DNA of 57,038 nucleotides, the filler included, from Porpidia crustulata (taxonomy: Eukaryota), in NCBI GenBank assembly GCA_964255105.1. It is 6 parts of 6 records of this genome, joined end to end, with 100 filler letters (N's around TTAATTAATTAA, not from the genome) between each part and the next. Parts side by side here need not be neighbours in the genome. Positions count along the whole stretch, not along the records: positions 19,068 to 28,489 come from CAXUWE010000948.1; positions 28,590 to 38,010 come from CAXUWE010000949.1; 4 more parts are not named here. The stretch is one strand, 5' to 3'. The stretch's first letter is position 1, and every line of letters starts with the position of its first letter. Both the position numbers and the translations under genes were made by a program. Below, one piece after another: positions 24,178 through 37,870 of this stretch. The notes beneath the pieces are model-generated. The model made no database searches, was not told the origin of the DNA, and saw only the letters and a program-made list of their open reading frames with translations.

Positions 24178-25736
24178 TCACCTATCCCAGTCGCGTCTTG
24201 TCAACCGAACATTCAGTGGGTTTTTCTCCCACAATATCCACGTCTTTCGCTCGTCCCAGCTGTTTGATGGCCCATCAGCTTCGATGTCGAATGAAAAAAG
24301 CAGGTGAGTGAGTATCAGTCGCATCTCCAAGTATGCGAGATTGCGACCTAGACAATTTCGTGGACCAAGCGAAAACGGATTAAATGCCGATGGAAATGCT
24401 GATACTGATGCTGTATAGCTGGATTTTGGCAGAGGAGAATCCGAGAGCCAGCGGGATGGATCGAACTTAGATGGTGAATTGGGAAAATTTAGGCTGGAGC
24501 GATTGGATGCGAATCCTGAAGCCGAAACAAAGGTCCCGCCGGGCACCCACTGTCCCGAGATCTTTGCGCCGTTACCTGGTACTACTCGAGGCATACCTGT
24601 AGGGACAGGTGAACAGAAACGAAGACCTTCTTCGATGACAGCGCCAAGGTATGCTAATTTGGTAACTCGCTCGGCGCAGATCTCGGAGCTGTGTCGAAAT
24701 GAGTGACGGATCTCTTTTAAAACGGTACCCATAGCCTCACGATTGCGTAGCAGATTTCCGATTATTCCGGACAAGGCAGTAGCGGTGGTTTCGCTTCCTG
24801 CTACGACTACCACCCTCATCGTAGCTTCAATCTCTGGTACACTCATTCCTTTCTCGTCGTTGCGACGAAGAATGTAAGTCATAAAATCGTTCTTTTGTGA
24901 ATCAGCTGACGAAGCTTGGTTGAGACGACGACGAACACGCTCATTCGCGGCATTTGCATGTTCTCTGCGATTCTTCAAAACAGCTCGTGGAAGTAAGATT
25001 CTTAAGGACTTTCCTAGACCGAGTAAACGGAGAGAGACGAACAAGGCTGAAGCCATAAATTGGGTGAATAGAATAGAAACCCAGCCGTGGTATGATCCTT
25101 CGTCGAGGCAATGGAATGATTCCCCCAAACTTAAGTCTCCCACTATATCGAATGTTGTGAAGTTAAGCCACTTAGCAATGTCAACAATTGCGGTTTCCGG
25201 TAACGAGGCGCAATCTTGTAAACGATGGATCAGCAAATCTATATATGATTGTATTAGATATTCTTGGTGACGGAGAGCTCGCTCAGAAAATGCGTGAGAA
25301 AGAAGCCGACGGTAGCGGGCATGATCAGCGTCGTTGGCGCTCAAGATAGAATGAATGCAATTGTCGCCCGGAGCCATCCACACTGGGTTTTTTGGAAAAT
25401 TAGGTTGCCCTTGATGGTGATTGTAAATATCTTGCCACGCTTGACCATCGATAAAGGATAGTTCGTTTGGAGCTAGGCGAACAATAGGTCCATAGCGCTG
25501 GTGGAATTCGTGTGTTCTTTGCGTCAAATCACCCCTGACGAAGGTCAAGACGTAAGGAATCCGTGATATAGCCCACAATCGAGGTCCAGGGAAACGAGAT
25601 ATGGGATGGAAGAAAACATTGTAGATTATTACTAAGCCAACATACTATGAACAAGTTAATTCTGGAGTTTACATAAAGAGAGAGTCGATATTACAATTAC
25701 AGCAGATGTGACGAGCACTACTAATGCAGTAGACAT
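24178..25736 (-). CDS. Cytochrome P450 (CYP65/TRI11-like group)
   Basis: Probable ATG 25736 and intron 25645-25694, then FFHPISRFPGP. I-helix AGSETT, EGLR (ExxR), PSRW, heme motif FSLGPRNCLG. Confidence 0.93.
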
Positions 25737-26703
25737 CGATACAACGGTTGTTGAAACTCGAGATGTTGGTTTCTACTGCAAGAAATTGGATCGATTGATG
25801 AGGGTGATTTAGGTGACTAGTTATCTTCTCAACTGTACCTTCCAAAACTTGTTCTATATCTGGACGAGCTGTTGATCTGAAACCACCAAGGCGTCGAAAT
25901 GGTACGAGGCTGTGATGGCATCATCCCGCATCCTGCAGCCTCGCGGCTGGTAAGACAACACAGTGGTGGCGAGTTCGAAGATGACAGAAGTTTGGGGAGT
26001 GGCTTCGAGCGACATGGTACCATACGCATCAAAGTAGACTGATATTGAGCCAACCTGGGTATGCTCTTGAAGTCGATACTTGGAAGCACTCGCATGATCT
26101 TGGTTGCTGCGCGGCACATCAATGGGGTATGGACAAATGTACGTCACAGGCAAAGCATATCACCTTTTGACGACGGCAAGACATACAATTTTACAACGTC
26201 TCCATCATAGCCGCTCCTATCAATTTGTTATCGAATTCTTCGGGATCATCACTGCCTTGAGTACCCTTGCTCCTCGACCACAGTTTGAGGCTCAGCCAGT
26301 CTGTCCCTCTACAACGCCGTGTCCCACGCCGCGCTCCCACCTTGCTAGAAGCAGAACAATACGAAGATGGCTATACTTCTGCGGAGGGCGGCATAACGAT
26401 GGATTTGGATTGAATCGAGGTTTGCCTTTTGTCAGATGTCGAGACTGATCGACTGTAGCTTATACTCCCAGTGGTATCATGAGAATCGCCGCAGATGTGG
26501 CAAAGAAAAATGAGAAGACTGTGCCTAATCCATACATACTGGGCTAAGCATTAAAAGTACTTTCCAATGGTTTACTACTTCTCCACAAAGTTTCACTCAC
26601 CTAATCGTTTACAGATACCTCATCTTGGTCACGAAAGGTCATGCTTTGTGATTTGCACAGCTAGAGCCAAGTCTACCTTTCCACCCATATAGCTTTGACC
26701 GCC

Positions 26704-28165
26704 ATGACTTCTCGATTTTCTTCGCTCCTGGCAGACTTGACTCCTAGTCAACTACTTGCCATCAAAGATCAGAATCATGATACCGAGATCTTTATTTGTG
26801 CAGCTGTTTTCTCAGCTCTTACATTATTTGCAGTCATTATACGCGTGACGTCTCGACATATGAAGAAAAGTGCTGTGGGCATTGATGATGTGATGATCAT
26901 GGCTGCACTGGTATTATTTAGTCTCTTCAACTCTTGAATCTCTAGGGGATAGCTCGGAGATGAATCAAAGCTGAACATGTTCCACCTAATAGGTCATCGC
27001 CCTAGCTCAAACTACGTTCATTTGCATTGGTAAGATTAAAAGCACTTTCACTAATAGAACTGCGCAACTGAAATCTGCTCTAGGGGTGCGAGGTTACGGA
27101 CTCGGCAGACACTTATGGACCTTGAACGAAGAACAAGTGATTGTGTTCAATAAGGTGAACATTTTTCAACGTAGATATTCTGGCTTTACTGCTGTATTAA
27201 TGGTCCGCCCAGTTCTGGTACACCGCCGGCATCCTTCAGTGTACCATTCTCTTCTTGACGAAAAGCTCACTCCTGATTCTTTTCTATCGTATCTTCGTCA
27301 CCCCGACCTTTCGCCTTGTCACTCAGATATTGGGAGTCGTTATGATGCTGTGGTGGATTGGTACCATCCTCGCATACAATTTGATCTGCATACCTGTTCA
27401 GCACAACTGGCATCCCAGTTCACCGGGCCACTGTGGTAATACGCACCTCTTGTTCATTATAACACCAATTCCATGGATCGTCACGGATATCGTAGTGCTA
27501 ATAATGCCTTTGCCCATGGTATGGAACCTGCATCTACCACGATTGCAGCGGATCGGATTAACATCTTTGTTCTTGCTTGGTAGTTTGTAAGTCCTGGATA
27601 CTTAAAGCACTACTTTAACCCTATAGATTTTGATGCAGTCTATTACAGTGCTCTACTATCCAGCTGCATCCGTTATAGCACTCTCTTCTTCCAACATGAC
27701 GACTTGACGTGTAAGCTACAGATTTCATGGCTTTTGTTGTAACTATTTGGCCTTCTCTGTTTACATCCGTGCAGGTGTTTGTCCGTACAAGTTTTTAAGA
27801 ATCGTTAATATATCGACATATTACTGACTTCACAGCTAGATTACGTTGCGCAGCCGACAATATGGACTATCATCGAATCGGACGTCACCATAATCTCAGC
27901 CTGTCTGATCGTTTCTAGACCTTGGCTTATTAAACTTTACTCGTCTAAGTTCATTCTCTCGATCAGAAAGAGGGCCAGCAGAATAACGAAGCTGTCCTCC
28001 AAATCTTCGAACCATGGCCCCAGAAGGTTAACACTCAGCAGTTTTAGGAAGTTGACGGAAGGTCCACCTACAATATCAGCCGCATCTTTGGGGACTCCAT
28101 TCGGATTTGACGTGGAAAAGGGTACAGATATGGAGAGTAGTACGAGCGTAAGAGTCAATCAGTAA
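26704..28165 (+). CDS. PTH11-like (fungal rhodopsin family) membrane protein, multi-exon, apparently complete
   Basis: IRVTSR..GIDD; YGLGRHLW; TKSSLLILFYRIF; TDIVVLIMPLPMVWNLHL; last exon WTIIESDVTIISACL, stop TAA 28163-28165. Confidence 0.88.
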
Positions 28166-28489
28166 CTTATTCAACGATGAATAATATAGGGAAATACTAA
28201 CCGTACGCCCCCCTTACTCACTTGTAAAACACATTATATAGAATTTGTATTCAGGATTATTAACCTACTTCTCGTCAAATCGCTTTCCTATCATGTATTA
28301 TAATAGTGTCGAGCAATAATATTCTATCATTCATCGTCATCATCATTGTTCTGTATCCTTCATCGACGAGAAGCATGGCCAAATGGCGAAACAAGGGAAC
28401 CAGCAGGCGCAAGGACGGCATAGGAAATATAGTGTCGCGGTGGTAGAAGTGTAAGGAGGGAACGAGGGGAGGAGGATGATGTATGAAAG

Positions 28490-28589
28490 NNNNNNNNNNN
28501 NNNNNNNNNNNNNNNNNNNNNNNNNNNNNNNNNTTAATTAATTAANNNNNNNNNNNNNNNNNNNNNNNNNNNNNNNNNNNNNNNNNNNN
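28490..28589. other. Artificial contig-joining spacer
   Basis: N44-TTAATTAATTAA-N44. Confidence 0.98.
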
Positions 28590-29431
28590 CCTAATAACGA
28601 AATACCTCCCCCACCCTTCCCTACCGACCTTCTTCTTCAAGCTCGGCAAGAACAACCGTATCAAACCCGCTTTCATCAAGTCCTCCTCGATGTTCACCTC
28701 CACTTTCTGCGCCTTCTCACCACTCAGCAAGTCCTGCAATTCTTCACTCTCAGTAAAGGAGCGACACTGCCTTTCGGCCCAGGTGCCCGAGAAAACGCTG
28801 ACGATACTGATGCGACCGGCGAGCACGTCCGTGGTGTCGCATATTTCTTTAGGGTTTTCTAGGGTGTAACCGCGAAGATTGGGGAAGTAGAGGGATTTGT
28901 CGGCTTTGAATAATTTTGAGGGCGAGAGGAAGGTTTTGCCTTGGGAGTATTGCATGTTGGTCCATTCGCGGAAATAGGGTTTGCTGGCGGCTGTTTTTCT
29001 GTGTGGCTGTCAGAGTAGAAGGAAGAGTAGGTGAGGTGGCGTGAAAGGCTCTTCAGGAGATTGAATAGAAGGATGGCTAAGGATGGGGTATGGGGTTAAG
29101 GTGGGGGCGGAAATTACAATTGTTTCAGCCTCTCGAGGTGTTTATCGTAATTGAAAAAGTCATCGCGTCTCTCGCGCCAGCTGCGAGGGTCTACACCGCT
29201 GTTCTCACCCGGTTTCGGTGGGCGAGGTTGACCAAGAGGGCGAGACAGCGGTTGGGGGATGTGGTCGACTTCCTTCACTGGCTTGACAGGAGGAGACGAG
29301 GATGTGGTGGTACTTGTGGATACTGAGCGGATGAATAACGGTCGCTGACGCGTACGCTGGCATGACAGGCAGAGCCATTGAGAAGAGGAAAAATGTAGAT
29401 TTCGGAAGAAAAAGGTCGTGGGCTTGGGCAT
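28590..29431 (-). CDS. ATP10: Mitochondrial ATP synthase assembly factor Atp10, 3' truncated
   Basis: Presequence-like N-terminus from ATG 29431; PLSRPLG..PPKPGENSGVD..KHLER|..PYFREW..GKTFLSP..FKADKSLYFPNL; one intron. Confidence 0.9.
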
Positions 29432-30287
29432 CTTGATTGGGAGAGTACAGGTTCGGTTCTCGGGGTTTAGCGCAAACACGATCCCATGTGATTGACAAGC
29501 CCCTAAAGTACGCAAAACGGCCAAACTCAAATCCTCACTCACGCCCACTTTGCACATTGCTTTTGACAGATAATTGCGGCATTGCTCAGAGTGAGGAAAG
29601 AATGATTTTATAATTTCTGTGGTAGCAGGGGATCAAGCGTTTAAGGGCAAAATGCACGTTTTATAGCAATGGATCTTCATTTTATTGGCCTGCCCACCAT
29701 AAGTAGCCTGCCACTTCGACATAGTAGGCCGTCGAAACAAATGATTGGATGACATATTCCTGGACAATTTGTTCTGTTAGGCCGCCGTTACGTCTGGCTC
29801 TTTGAATTGCACTCGCTATGATCAGAGGCGAACCTTGTTCCGTGAGTATTTCTTCTGCGGCTATTCCGTTGATATGTAGCCCGTTGCAAGATGTATTTGC
29901 CACCAACATTATGAGCACTATATTCCATGGGCCTCTTGATGGAGTGGCTGCCTTGCGCTTCCTAGAATTGCCATCATGTTGTAGGATCATCAAATGGAGA
30001 TCCTGGCATCTGACTTCATGCCCCGTAGTTATGACTTATCTTGCACAAAACCTCCAACCGTAGAGCTCCAGCTGCTGTATTCCCGACGCATTTTCTGTAT
30101 GTAAATATCGTATCGGAAGGTAGCTTCTGCCATAGCAAAGACCTTTCACGGCTGCTGCAGAGATTGCATGGGGATGTTGGTGGACCGAGAACGAGGCTTG
30201 TCATTGCAGTTTTTGAGCTGCATGCAAGTGTCCTTTCTCAAATCCCGGTACGTATGGATGATATGACTTGGCATATCCATAGAGTCC

Positions 30288-32003
30288 TCAACTTAGCCTC
30301 GCAATCATCAAGCCTGGTTCCTCAATTAGCCCCCTTACTCTTTCCGCCATCCTTGCCATTGTTGCACCATCAATAACTCGATGATCAGCGCTCCAACTAA
30401 AATTAATAGCTTCCTTCTTCACGACGCGATCGTTGTCATCGAACGCTGGGACAAGTTTCGCCCTTCCTATCCCCAAGATCGCAACTTCGCTCCTGACAAG
30501 CACTGGGGCAACGTATGTCCCGCCAATGCTACCAATATTGCTGACAGTAATCGTGCCGCCTGTCATGTCTGAAATTGAAAGCTTACCTTCCCGTGCGGAC
30601 GACTGGAGCCGGGTAAGTTCTGAGGCAATCTCGAGAATCGATAGAGACGAGACATCCTTGACATTAGGAACCAATAGGCCTTGAGGGGTGTCCATAGCTA
30701 CGCCGACATTGTGTTTCTCGCGCATGATTAGCTGGGGAGCTTCTTGCGCATTACCCACTTCAACACGAGCATTGACCAAGGGGAAGTCCTCGAGAGCTAG
30801 CGATACGGCTTTGATAATGAAAGGGAGATAAGAGAGCTTCTGAGTATTTACGGGATGAACGTTTATACGCTTTCGAAGAGTCGAAATTGTGGTTATATCT
30901 ATCTCGTCGGCATAAAGGAGATGAGGTATTGTCAGCGAGCGAGTCATGGATTTGAACATTTGGCTTTGTATTGGTGTGAGGGCAGTTGAGGTTTCGGTTT
31001 GAGGGCTGTGATCCTTTGCAGAGGGGCGGAACGAGGATCCTCGAGATATTGGAGAAGAACTCTGATCCCGGCTTGTCGCGAATTTGAGAACATCATCTTT
31101 CAACACTCGGCCGTCCCTGCCTGTACCAGTGACATCTGCTATGTTGACATCTAGTTCTTTCAAAACGCCTCGCACCGCTGGAGTAGCCAGTGATCCATGT
31201 TTCCCTCCGCCAGTAGCTGCCTTCATTTCCCCAATATCATCTGCATCTGCGGGCTGATATCCATTGGGCTCAGTGGCTTTTTTTGGCTGCTGTGGAGAAG
31301 CTTTAGATACAGCTTGTCCAGGTGCCGGTGTTGTGACAACCTCATCCTCGAGTCCGGCATCGCTCTGAACGTCAATGTCACATAACGGCTGTCGTCTCCT
31401 GTCAGCTTTTCCCCGACGGTTCGTTGAGAACCAGAATCCAACCTTTCCGACTTGTGCCATATCCTCTGCAGCATAATGTAGCTTTTTGACCACGCCATCA
31501 AATCTGGAAGTTATCTAATTCATCAACATAAGCTCTACCTTGGACGAGTCGTTTTCTCTGCCAGCGTACCTCAGCTGCTGCCTTGTCTGACTGGACCTCG
31601 CATATTTTGTCGAACTGCTCGACCCGTGCCTCGGGCTCGACAAACCATTGTATAATTTGTACTTCCTTGATGCCTGTAAATGTTTAGCATATTCTTCGTA
31701 CGGAACATAATCATAATACACACCTTCGCCAATGTCAGGTAAGAGGAATGGTTTGATAACAGATCGTGCTGCAGAACCATGAAAGCTGCGGTAGGACGAT
31801 GGAGGCCGGGCCTGATTGAGCGGCGGTAAGGTAATCTGACGGCCGCGGCATTTTTGTATTGGGGACAAGTCTGAACGTCGAGCTTTATGAGGGTTGGAAT
31901 ACTGAAATGGCGTGCTGTAAGGGGGATGTACGCCCTGACGTCGTGGACCTACGTTACCTAGAGTGCGCGGGATATAACGAAAGTATTGCCTAGATAAGTC
32001 CAT
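30288..32003 (-). CDS. DBT: Branched-chain 2-oxoacid dehydrogenase E2 (dihydrolipoyl transacylase)
   Basis: FLLPDIGEG, lipoyl motif CEVQSDKA, E3-binding LATPAVR..GTGRDGRVLKDDV, catalytic WSADHRVIDGA; three introns. Confidence 0.95.
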
Positions 32004-32717
32004 CCTAGATTGTATGCCAATCCAGTGTACCCATCTTCTTCCACCTTCATTATATACTTGTCAACTACATTTAACCTAAAGGCCTTCAAAAGCACAAAGC
32101 ATGCCGATGGTAGCCGAGCTCATTCGTGCAGGACACGGCAGCTTCTATTAAGGACGAATACTCGCATCATCAGCCGCGATTAACGATACATCAAACGCTC
32201 CAGATATGTTCACGCATGTTTGATGTGATAAATTGCGTGCTATTGACCACACGCTGGTGAGGGCAGATACCACTATATCCGTTGGTGTATGTATAGAAAA
32301 CGGTTAGGGGGTGTTTGTATCTATCAAAGCCATCGCCTTGATTAGTGACTGGGCACAGCAAAACATTGTTTCCCTCGACATAATGCCGATTCAGCAGAGT
32401 AAGGACTGCCTTTCGGGCAAAAGTTAGACAGGATCTACTAGGAAACAGTTATTAGGAAATAAACAGGAAGGTTACTCACAGCGCCATTTTGATATAGCAA
32501 TGAAAATTTCCTCCTTTTGTGTAGGCGTCGACTTAAACAAAAGACGCAGCTAACAGTCAAGCAGCCACATTATATCTCGGTCTCCTTGTAAGACGTTCTA
32601 TTTTGGGAATTAATACCCAAGCGCTCTGTCGAAAAATCTCAAGTATCCTGACCTACAGATTGGTCAAGAAAGCTGACATGTGTCAAACAGTTTGACTCTG
32701 TAGTCTCATAGATGGCA

Positions 32718-35233
32718 CTACTTCGGAATGAGTAACAATTTCGATGAAAATGTCATGTCGAGGCTCCTGGAATTCATATGGTCAAACTCAGCAGCTTGAC
32801 AATCTTTGAGATGCCGCTCTGTCAGAGAAGAATTTATCAGTGACAGCAACAGTGTGGTAGACGCGCAGGTTGTCTCGGCGGCTTTACCTGTAAGACGGAC
32901 ATCATCAAGCCATTGACTTGCGAGCGGGTCGCTAGGGTCCTCGGCATGCAAAAAGCCATCCACGGAGCCGGTACGTATATTCAGATTGATACCTCTCATC
33001 TTAAAGAGCTTAGAGACGAAGTCAGAGAAATATTCGCCCTGCTGAAAGTAGAAATTTGGAGACCTCTCCAGAGGCCACTAAAGTTCGTCAGTAATTGCGA
33101 GAGGTTGTGGCATATTTCTAGATATTGACCTCTGCAGCCCACTTGGTGTCATCAAAGGTCTTGTAATACCAGCTTATCCTTTCCACACAGTTTAAGAGCA
33201 CGATACCGCACAAGAAAGTTTCGAACCCACGACACTTATCTCGACGCTCCAAGCGCTTCTCCAGATCGTTCAAAACCACTTTGCTGATCCCTGACATTAC
33301 TTTCTCGGCCGCGGCTCGGATTTGGGAACATATCAACTGGTAAGATCGAGGATAATCCGCTTCGTTGATCGCAGCTGGGTTACTGGGCATTGTACAATCG
33401 CTATGTACATCTAGCGGCACTCGCATAGGATATTGCCATATCTGCCAATGCATCTCGTTGTCTACAATAACATGCGTTATTGTCCATAATTCGAGTACCT
33501 GTGCTAGTAATTTATCCTATTTCGACTAGATTAGATTTCGTTGAAGCGTAGAAATAGAAACTTGATGCAAATTACTGACGTCCTTTTGCGAAGATAGCTC
33601 AGAGGCTAGTGCCAAGGTATGTCTCATGAATACTGAGCATTCTTCGTCATACGATTTACTGGCTATAGACTCGCAGTAGCCCTGGACTTTTGTTGATATA
33701 TCCTCGCAATCATCGTCCAAGATATTGATTACTTCGGAAGGTTTTATTCGGTCGGAACATCTTTCTTTCGAAATGCGTTCTCTAGGTGTTCCTGTCAAGG
33801 CGGAGAAATTTATAGGGGTTGTGTTGTTACTGAAATTATGAGATATACTTATAAAGCCGGGGTGTTGTTTGGTCTCTACTTGGCCCATAGCAATGCCAAG
33901 GTTTTGCCTCGCCAGAGATGTAAGAAGCCCTGCAAATATTTCAGCTATGTAAGATATCCACGCAGGGGCGTAGAATACCCGTATGATATAATTCAAATTC
34001 TTTCACAATACTTGTCCTTATGCATTCTAGCTTCCATACTCGCGCACTTGTGACTGCAGCGCATGCACTGCATGGGTTATCTCCACTGCACTAGTAATCG
34101 TTGGTTTTATGGAAGTTGCAGGAGAAAAAGTGTACGGAAACATACCGTCTTCCTCAACATCCGGCATCGGATGCATGCTCCCTGTTTCCTCATGTTTTGC
34201 ACTTCTTGCCGCCTGGAGCTACTCAGTTTCCCTCTCGCTTTCTGTCCTCGACCGTGGATCGTAGAGCGCTCTGTAGAGGGATATCTAGGTTGACCTTGAA
34301 TGTGCATTGCAATGGGCCGAGAAAATTGCAATGCTTTGGCAAGGGATTTTTCAGGGGCGTTCTTGTCTGCGCTGCTACTATGAGCCTTTACACTCGGCCG
34401 CGTAGGTATAAAGGTCGAAACGTACGCATACTCGGCGTGAGACGAACCTTCGGCGTTAATGCTTGGATTATTAATATTTTTTGAATAGACCTCAATCGAA
34501 CCGTCACCGACAGGCGTTGTTGCCTCAAGTTCACTCGCTGAGGCTGCGATCATAGAAAGGGTAGTGGAGCAATCGCCAGATCGGGGATTCGGGACAGTCT
34601 GAATTTTATGTGGCGAAGTAAAATACTCAGGTGAAGATGGAGTTACATGAAAAGTACCGCTGCTGAACGGGGCTGATGTAGAAACTGAGTCATACTGCGA
34701 TTAGTGCTGATATGATTTCCTCCTCAGAAGACATGATATGTGAAGAATATACCAACTCTGTTTGAATTTTCTTGAGGATGTGTAATAGAGGTGCCAAATT
34801 TACCCATGTTCTGTAAATTGGGATCAATCGTATTGCTCTTCTGTGTTCTATTGTCCCCTGGTTTTCGTGGATATTCGATTTGTCTGCTCGCCTCCGCTAA
34901 AGCTTCTAAACCCGTGAGTTTTTGACCTCTATTGATTGGAAGTTTTTCGGTATATCGCTGAGTCTTGGTAATAGCTGTCGGGTCGAGAGACCCATTAGGT
35001 CTGAGTAGCTCTGAGCTTAGACCCTCATCTAATTGAAGTATGGCACGATGTCGGTCTTCGATCGATATAGACTGGCATTTTGTTTTTAAATGGGATAGTA
35101 GGCTTTCAATCCTGCCTTTCGGGAAATGCACCCTACAAGCCTTGCATGTGTGTTCATAGCGGTTGCTGCCGTCGTCAAGTTTGGCTCCTCGGTCGAAGAA
35201 TTCTAATACAAGTTGATTCGGTTTTCGGCCCAT
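32718..35233 (-). CDS. Transcription factor with an N-terminal BED-like zinc finger and an internal Zn2Cys6 cluster
   Basis: MGRKPNQLVLEFF..CKAC-x14-H-x4-C. Spliced CIRCRMLRKT|CSGDNPCSAC-x12-C. Exons in ORFs 34724-35233, 34107-34553, 33526-33996, 33118-33453, 32718-32999. Confidence 0.85.
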
Positions 35234-35810
35234 GATCGATTACGGTGTAGAGAGAGCTAGTCAATGCCCTTTGCACGCTTTCAAAAGATCGAGATGCATC
35301 GTATGAAGGTACGAGCTGTGTTGATACACAAGTCTTATCGATAAGATTACGTTCAGCACGTCCTGCTCCCGTCGCCGCTTGTACACTAGGCTTTCGCCCA
35401 CTTACCTTACTGCCAACTCATATACATTCGATAGTGAGCTTCATAGACCAATCCAAGGACTGAATGCGTCATATCAACTTTGAATCCGTGGGTTTTTAAA
35501 ATCATGGTGATTCCATGGACTACACAGAATGGCTGGCATCCGTTCACGGGAATGATTTGAATAAACAGGACTCGTTGAATCATCAAGGTAGGTGGCCTAG
35601 AAGGCACTTGACTTATGGAAATGAGGTCAATTTATCTATCAGTGCGTGTCATCTAAACTTTCGTCTAATAAGATGCAGTGCTAAGACTCATGAAATTTCT
35701 ATTCTATCGTCCGAGGTCCACCGGGTGGCTCAACGAACCCAGGAATCCAAGATATCGTCCCTTGCCCTTCAGCGAAATTGTCCATGAAAAGTCACAGGTA
35801 AAAATCCTGG

Positions 35811-37088
35811 CTACTTACCCATACTCAGTCGTCCGGTTCTCCTGAACATCTGGAGGATCTGCAGGAAATTATCGTTATGCCATCCAAGCACTCGAGGGAT
35901 ACACAATTCGATAACTGCAACAACAGTGAAGAAGAGTCCAAGCATGATGTTCGCTTTGAAATTTCTTCCTCCGGATTTCCTGTCTGCAAGGTCTAAAGCT
36001 AGGGTATGATATGGGATGCTGATGATCCAGGCGCCGACTCCGAAGATCCAAAAGACCGCAGACACGTTTGCTCGGACAGCAGTCACGGAGAATAAGATCA
36101 CTTGAGCCAGCCCTAAATAGCTAAGAAAGACTCCAACGTCATCACCAAGCAGCACTGCCAGCGATTTTACGCCAATTCTTCTGTCGTCTGGACTGTACTA
36201 TGAATGTCCAATCGTTAGCCTGCATCCGAGCTACGTTGAGCATGGACGTCAAACCTGAGTTGCATAGAAAATATCGAAGTAAACGACCCAGGCAGCAGTT
36301 GCAAGAAACAATGGAATGATCTCATCGAGACCTTGTAAGCTATTGGAGACCGACACCCAACCCGGCAGCACGGCGCATCCAATAGTCAGCCCCAAGACAA
36401 CCTGTGGGAAAGGTATAAGGCGCTTCATAAAAGGATACGTGGCACTCAATATCCATGTTGGTGTGAAATTCACCACACCAAGTGGTCCAATCATCAAATA
36501 TGTGGTGGTAATGGTGACGAACATCCAGGCAATGAAGGCAGCCCCAGCTCCGGTCAATGAAATCATGCCCGAGGGTAACGGACGAGTTCTACATCGGGCA
36601 ACATGCTGGTCAAGGTTCCGATCACAGATGTCGCTGAGGCACTTCTACTCAGCGCATGTCATCACCAAGCGGCTAGTCTGACTGCAGAGTTCAAGGGAGA
36701 GCATACTTACTTGAAGGTACAGAACGCGCAGTGCGTAAATGTAATGCTAATCCAGTTTGCAAATAACATATTTGAGAACTGGATTATGTCTAATGTGGTA
36801 TTATTCGATCCTGCCGATAGACAGGCCGCCCAAACTTTACATCGTTGGTCAGTAAGGAAACGACACTTTGAGAGGTTTTCTGTTCAAAGAAAGTTATCTT
36901 GTCTTACTCGCGGGATACCAGCAAAGCCACGATTCCGTCGTGTGGAGGCGAGCAAGTTTCCAGACTCCTCGAATGACATTGCGTTTTGGAATCTTTGGTT
37001 GTTCTCCGAGTGAACCTGTCTTATTAACGACTGATGATATTCCACCTCTGTTCAATGAAGTCATGATAGTCATCCGCCCTATATCCAT
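35811..37088 (-). CDS. UbiA-family aromatic polyprenyltransferase (start at 37088, 37073 or 37064)
   Basis: LARLHT..WLCWYPA|; spliced CTFN|DICDRNLDQHVARCRTRPLPSG (NDxxDxxxD); YPFMKR; YFDIFYATQ|..DDRRIGVKSLAVLLG; multiple hydrophobic helices. Confidence 0.92.
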
Positions 37089-37870
37089 ATATCTTTTGAG
37101 CTATTGCTAAAGCCAGACCGCTGGATGACTATGTCAATCGCAAAAGACGAAGAGTATGGAATTTCGAACATTAAGCTGGGGACCTGATTCACATTCGACA
37201 TAAGTGATGGATGGATCGGCTCTTGCATGTCCTTCACTGCAAACGACAGAGAAATGAGTGAATTCATGCCTTTTGGCCAACAGAAAACCGCATCCCCTTG
37301 CAGAATATTATTTCAAGTCTATTATGGTATTGTTGGGAGGACTGCATAAAGTTTCCGATATAATTTCCCTGCAATTTAAATTGCTTTATTATCAAATGCC
37401 CGGAGTGGTGGAAGTTCGACTTCGTCTACGACCCCGAAAGTAAAGCGATACTTTAGCTACCAGATCAGAAAGCTGATCAAGACTGGACCATATCATGGGA
37501 TTGCGCTCGAGGCCGAAATAATCGCATACCAATTCGGAATTCAGCGCAATGTGCCAGATCCCTTGTGGCGCATAGGCCATGGTTGTCAGCGGTCCTCAGA
37601 GTTAGCCAATCAACCGCGTAATCTAATTCACTGTGGTTTGTAGCGCTATCTAGGACTCTAACGTACCATAAAAGGAAGATTGGTCTCCGGTCATGACCCT
37701 TTTTGAGCATTTCAGTGCTCTTCCATGGCATAAAGGCGCATAGGAAAGTCTCAATTCACATTTCACCCTGGAAACAAGAATGAAATCACAAATCCGCCCA
37801 ATGTGCCTCATTACCTAAGACTTGCCATTCGTGCCCATACTGGGACTGATTCAAAATAACCAGAAAAGAC

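Noticed and set aside
29682..29993. 103-aa ORF with a faint ankyrin-like GSPLIIASA
   Set aside because: No repeat periodicity or other support; treated as intergenic between DBT and ATP10.
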